A stretch of DNA of 64,000 nucleotides from Escherichia coli. GTDB taxonomy: Bacteria; Pseudomonadota; Gammaproteobacteria; Enterobacterales; Enterobacteriaceae. The notes under the pieces were generated by a model that was given only the letters and a program-made list of their open reading frames with translations, was not told where the DNA came from and made no database searches. Below, in pieces: positions 60,681 to 64,000 of the stretch; within the stretch, counting starts at the first letter, position 1; each line of letters opens with the position of its first letter. A program made the position numbers and the translations under genes. Where the stretch lies: NCBI RefSeq assembly GCF_003334785.1, contig NZ_QOWV01000007.1; one strand, written 5' to 3'.

Positions 60681-62534
60681 ATGAAAATGACTTTGCCGTT
60701 TAAACCCCATGTGCTGGCGCTAATTTGCAGTGCCGGGCTTTGTGCCGCCTCTACCGGGCTATATATAAAAAGCCGCACAGTGGAAGCGCCTGTGGAACCG
60801 CAATCGACACAACTGGCTGTGTCTGACGCTGCCGCGGTTACGTTTCCTGCAACGGTTTCCGCACCTCCCGTAACACCCGCCGTCGTCAAATCCGCATTCA
60901 GCACTGCACAAATAGATCAATGGGTCGCGCCCGTCGCGCTGTATCCCGACGCCCTACTTTCGCAGGTGCTGATGGCATCAACCTATCCGACAAACGTTGC
61001 TCAAGCAGTGCAATGGTCGCACGATAATCCACTTAAACAAGGCGATGCTGCTATTCAGGCGGTATCTGACCAGCCGTGGGACGCCAGCGTTAAATCACTG
61101 GTGGCCTTTCCACAATTGATGGCATTGATGGGCGAAAACCCGCAATGGGTGCAAAACCTGGGCGATGCTTTTCTGGCCCAGCCGCAGGACGTGATGGACT
61201 CGGTACAGCGATTGCGGCAACTGGCGCAACAAACCGGCTCGCTGAAGTCATCAACCGAACAGAAAGTTATTACCACAACGAAGAAAGCTGTACCGGTAAA
61301 ACAGACAGTCACGGCACCCGTCATACCATCCAATACAGTTTTAACTGCCAACCCCGTCATTACAGAGCCGGCAACAACCGTCATTTCCATTGAGCCCGCC
61401 AATCCTGATGTGGTCTATATTCCCAACTACAACCCAACCGTGGTTTACGGGAACTGGGCCAATACTGCGTATCCGCCGGTTTATCTGCCACCACCAGCCG
61501 GAGAACCGTTTGTTGACAGCTTTGTACGCGGATTCGGCTATAGCATGGGCGTTGCTACCACGTACGCACTATTCAGCAGCATCGACTGGGACGACGACGA
61601 TCATGACCATCATCATCATGACAATGATGATTATCATCACCACGATGGCGGTCATCGTGACGGTAATGGCTGGCAACACAACGGCGACAACATCAATATC
61701 GACGTCAACAATTTCAACCGTATCACCGGTGAGCATCTTACTGATAAGAATATGGCATGGCGGCACAATCCAAACTACCGTAATGGTGTGCCCTATCATG
61801 ATCAGGATATGGCAAAGCGGTTTCATCAAACCGATGTCAACGGCGGAATGAGCGCCACGCAATTACCTGCCCCAACGCGCGACAGCCAGCGTCAGGCGGC
61901 AGCAAATCAGTTTCAGCAACGAACACACGCCGCACCAGTCATTACACGAGATACCCAACGTCAGGCAGCGGCACAGCGGTTTAATGAAGCTGAACACTAT
62001 GGGAGCTATGACGACTTCCACGACTTCAGCCGTCGCCAACCACTGACCCAGCAACAAAAGGACGCCGCTCGTCAGCGTTATCAGTCCGCCTCGCCTGAGC
62101 AGCGCCAGGCAGTTCGCGAGAGAATGCAGACTAACCCGAAGATCCAGCAGCGAAGAGAGGCAGCGCGTGAGCGCATTCAGTCCGCCTCGCCTGAGCAGCG
62201 CCAGGCGGTTCGCGAGAAAATGCAGACTAACCCGCAGAACCAGCAGCGAAGAGACGCAGCGCGTGAGCGTATTCAGTCCGCATCACCAGAGCAGCGCCAG
62301 GTGTTTAAGGAAAAAGTACAGCAGCGCCCACTGAATCAACAGCAACGTGATAACGCCCGCCAGCGTGTTCAATCGGCATCACCTGAACAACGTCAGGTTT
62401 TTCGGGAGAAAGTTCAGGAGAGCCGCCCACAACGTCTAAACGACAGTAACCATACTGTCAGGCTGAATAACGAGCAACGGTCAGCAGTATGCGAACGTCT
62501 CTCTGAACGTGGAGCAAGAAGACTGGAAAGGTAA
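60681..62534 (+). CDS. yacH: Uncharacterised secreted repeat protein (DUF3300-like)
   Basis: 617-aa ORF with signal peptide (MKMTLPFKPHVLALICSAGLCAAS), a His/Asp-rich tract, and C-terminal tandem repeats of about 32-33 aa. Confidence 0.9.
   Translation: MKMTLPFKPHVLALICSAGLCAASTGLYIKSRTVEAPVEPQSTQLAVSDAAAVTFPATVSAPPVTPAVVKSAFSTAQIDQWVAPVALYPDALLSQVLMASTYPTNVAQAVQWSHDNPLKQGDAAIQAVSDQPWDASVKSLVAFPQLMALMGENPQWVQNLGDAFLAQPQDVMDSVQRLRQLAQQTGSLKSSTEQKVITTTKKAVPVKQTVTAPVIPSNTVLTANPVITEPATTVISIEPANPDVVYIPNYNPTVVYGNWANTAYPPVYLPPPAGEPFVDSFVRGFGYSMGVATTYALFSSIDWDDDDHDHHHHDNDDYHHHDGGHRDGNGWQHNGDNINIDVNNFNRITGEHLTDKNMAWRHNPNYRNGVPYHDQDMAKRFHQTDVNGGMSATQLPAPTRDSQRQAAANQFQQRTHAAPVITRDTQRQAAAQRFNEAEHYGSYDDFHDFSRRQPLTQQQKDAARQRYQSASPEQRQAVRERMQTNPKIQQRREAARERIQSASPEQRQAVREKMQTNPQNQQRRDAARERIQSASPEQRQVFKEKVQQRPLNQQQRDNARQRVQSASPEQRQVFREKVQESRPQRLNDSNHTVRLNNEQRSAVCERLSERGARRLER
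62061..62446 (+). repeat. Intragenic tandem repeats in yacH (about 4 units of 96-99 bp)
   Basis: Units 1 and 2 are near-identical at DNA level (tcagtccgcctcgcctgagcagcgccaggc[a/g]gttcgcgaga[g/a]aatgcagactaacccg); units 3 and 4 are diverged. Each encodes AARERIQSASPEQRQAVREKMQTNP-QQRR-like segments. Confidence 0.85.
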
Positions 62535-62544
62535 ATTGCAGACG

Positions 62545-62576
62545 TAAAAAAAGCGGCGTGGTTAGCCGCTTTTTTA
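62545..62576. terminator. Bidirectional Rho-independent terminator between convergent yacH and lpdA
   Basis: A-run, stem agcggc-gtggtt-agccgct, then T-run (aaaaaaagcggcgtggttagccgcttttttaa); readable as a terminator on both strands. Confidence 0.8.
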
Positions 62577-62604
62577 ATTGCCGGATGTTCCGGCAAACGA
62601 AAAA

Positions 62605-64000
62605 TTACTTCTTCTTCGCTTTCGGGTTCGGCAGGTCGGTAATGCTACCTTCGAACACTTCTGCCGCCAGGCCCACAGACTCGTGCAGAGTCGGGTGCGC
62701 GTGGATGGTCAGTGCGATGTCTTCAGCATCACAACCCATTTCGATTGCCAGGCCGATTTCACCCAGCAGCTCGCCGCCGTTAGTACCGACAATCGCACCA
62801 CCGATCACACGGTGAGATTCTTTGTCGAAAATCAGCTTGGTCATACCGTCTGCGCAGTCGGAAGCGATAGCACGACCAGAAGCAGCCCACGGGAAGGTGG
62901 CGGTTTCATAGCTGATGCCTTTCTCTTTCGCTTCTTTCTCAGTCAGACCCACCCATGCAACTTCTGGTTCGGTATAGGCGATGGACGGGATAACTTTCGG
63001 ATCGAAGTAGTGTTTCTTACCGGCGATAACTTCAGCGGCAACGTGACCTTCGTGAACACCTTTGTGTGCCAGCATCGGTTGACCGACGATATCGCCGATA
63101 GCAAAGATGTGCGGTACGTTGGTACGCAGCTGTTTGTCAACGCGGATGAAACCACGGTCGTCAACTTCCACGCCTGCTTTGCCTGCGTCGAGGTTTTTAC
63201 CGTTCGGCACACGACCAATCGCTACCAGCACGGCGTCGTAACGCTGCGGTTCAGCGGGTGCTTTTTTGCCTTCCATCGTCACATAAATGCCGTCTTCTTT
63301 CGCTTCAACGGCGGTAACTTTGGTTTCCAGCATCAGGTTGAATTTCTTGCTGATACGCTTGGTGAAGACTTTAACGATGTCTTTGTCAGCTGCCGGGATA
63401 ACCTGGTCGAACATTTCAACCACGTCAATCTGTGAACCCAGCGCGTGGTAAACGGTGCCCATTTCCAGACCGATGATACCGCCACCCATTACCAGCAGGC
63501 GTTCTGGTACTTCTTTCAGTTCCAGCGCGTCAGTGGAGTCCCAGATACGCGGATCTTCATGCGGAATAAACGGCAGTTGGATCGGGCGAGAACCCGCTGC
63601 AATGATCGCGTTGTCGAAGTTGATCACGGTTTTGCCGTTCTCACCTTCAACTTCCAGGGTGTTAGCCCCGGTGAATTTACCCAGACCGTTGACCACTTTG
63701 ACTTTGCGGCCTTTCGCCATACCAGCCAGACCACCGGTCAGCTGATTGATCACTTTCTCTTTCCAGGTACGAATCTTGTCGATATCGGTTTTCGGTTCGC
63801 CGAAGACGATACCGTGTTCAGCCAGCGCTTTGGCTTCTTCGATAACTTTTGCTACGTGCAGCAGTGCTTTAGAAGGGATACAGCCGACGTTCAGGCAAAC
63901 ACCGCCAAGGGTGTTGTAACGTTCTACGATTACGGTTTCCAGACCTAAATCAGCGCAACGGAAGGCAGCGGAGTAACCTGCGGGGCCTGCCCCAAGTACC
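62605..64000 (-). CDS. lpdA: Dihydrolipoyl dehydrogenase (E3 of PDH/OGDH), 5'-truncated at window edge
   Basis: The reading frame runs to the window end (…VLGAGPAGYSAAFRCADLGLETVIVERYNTLGGVCLNVGCIPSKALL… FAD/disulfide motifs); about the first 10 codons lie outside. C-terminus …DLPNPKAKKK. Confidence 0.95.
   Translation of the reverse strand, partial: VLGAGPAGYSAAFRCADLGLETVIVERYNTLGGVCLNVGCIPSKALLHVAKVIEEAKALAEHGIVFGEPKTDIDKIRTWKEKVINQLTGGLAGMAKGRKVKVVNGLGKFTGANTLEVEGENGKTVINFDNAIIAAGSRPIQLPFIPHEDPRIWDSTDALELKEVPERLLVMGGGIIGLEMGTVYHALGSQIDVVEMFDQVIPAADKDIVKVFTKRISKKFNLMLETKVTAVEAKEDGIYVTMEGKKAPAEPQRYDAVLVAIGRVPNGKNLDAGKAGVEVDDRGFIRVDKQLRTNVPHIFAIGDIVGQPMLAHKGVHEGHVAAEVIAGKKHYFDPKVIPSIAYTEPEVAWVGLTEKEAKEKGISYETATFPWAASGRAIASDCADGMTKLIFDKESHRVIGGAIVGTNGGELLGEIGLAIEMGCDAEDIALTIHAHPTLHESVGLAAEVFEGSITDLPNPKAKKK

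Noticed and set aside
61390-61862. Overlapping ORFs (153 aa plus strand, 97 aa minus strand) rich in MMIIITT / VVVPVD repeats inside yacH
   Set aside because: Produced by the gac/cat/cac codon repeats of the YacH His/Asp tract read in other frames; not independent genes.

Overview
This window reads as a contiguous, well-conserved Escherichia coli chromosomal segment (K-12-like order, reverse-complemented): tsf-rpsB / map-glnD-dapD / yaeI-yaeH / cdaR-degP-dgt / mtn-btuF-yadS / erpA-clcA / hemL / fhuBDCA / mrcB-hrpB / thpR-sfsA-dksA-gluQ-pcnB-folK / the cryptic yad chaperone-usher fimbrial operon / panBC-yadD-panD / yadEIHG / can-hpt-gcd-cueO-yacC-speED-yacL-acnB-yacH-lpdA (3' part). Every long ORF is accounted for by a known gene at its expected length, and I see no inserted island, prophage, IS element, CRISPR array or integrase. 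So I do not find a convincing undescribed multi-gene system here. The parts most worth a second look are poorly characterised pieces of the native locus: yadD/rpnC, which interrupts the pan operon and has a strong internal ribosome-binding site plus in-frame ATG; yacH, a secreted protein of unknown function with about four 96-99 bp tandem repeats and a His/Asp-rich tract; the yadEIHG cluster; and the cryptic yad fimbrial operon with its AT-rich upstream region. Gene identities come from recognising the translated proteins; start codons were chosen to match known protein N-termini where the ORF track runs further upstream. Nothing was searched or computed beyond reading the sequence.
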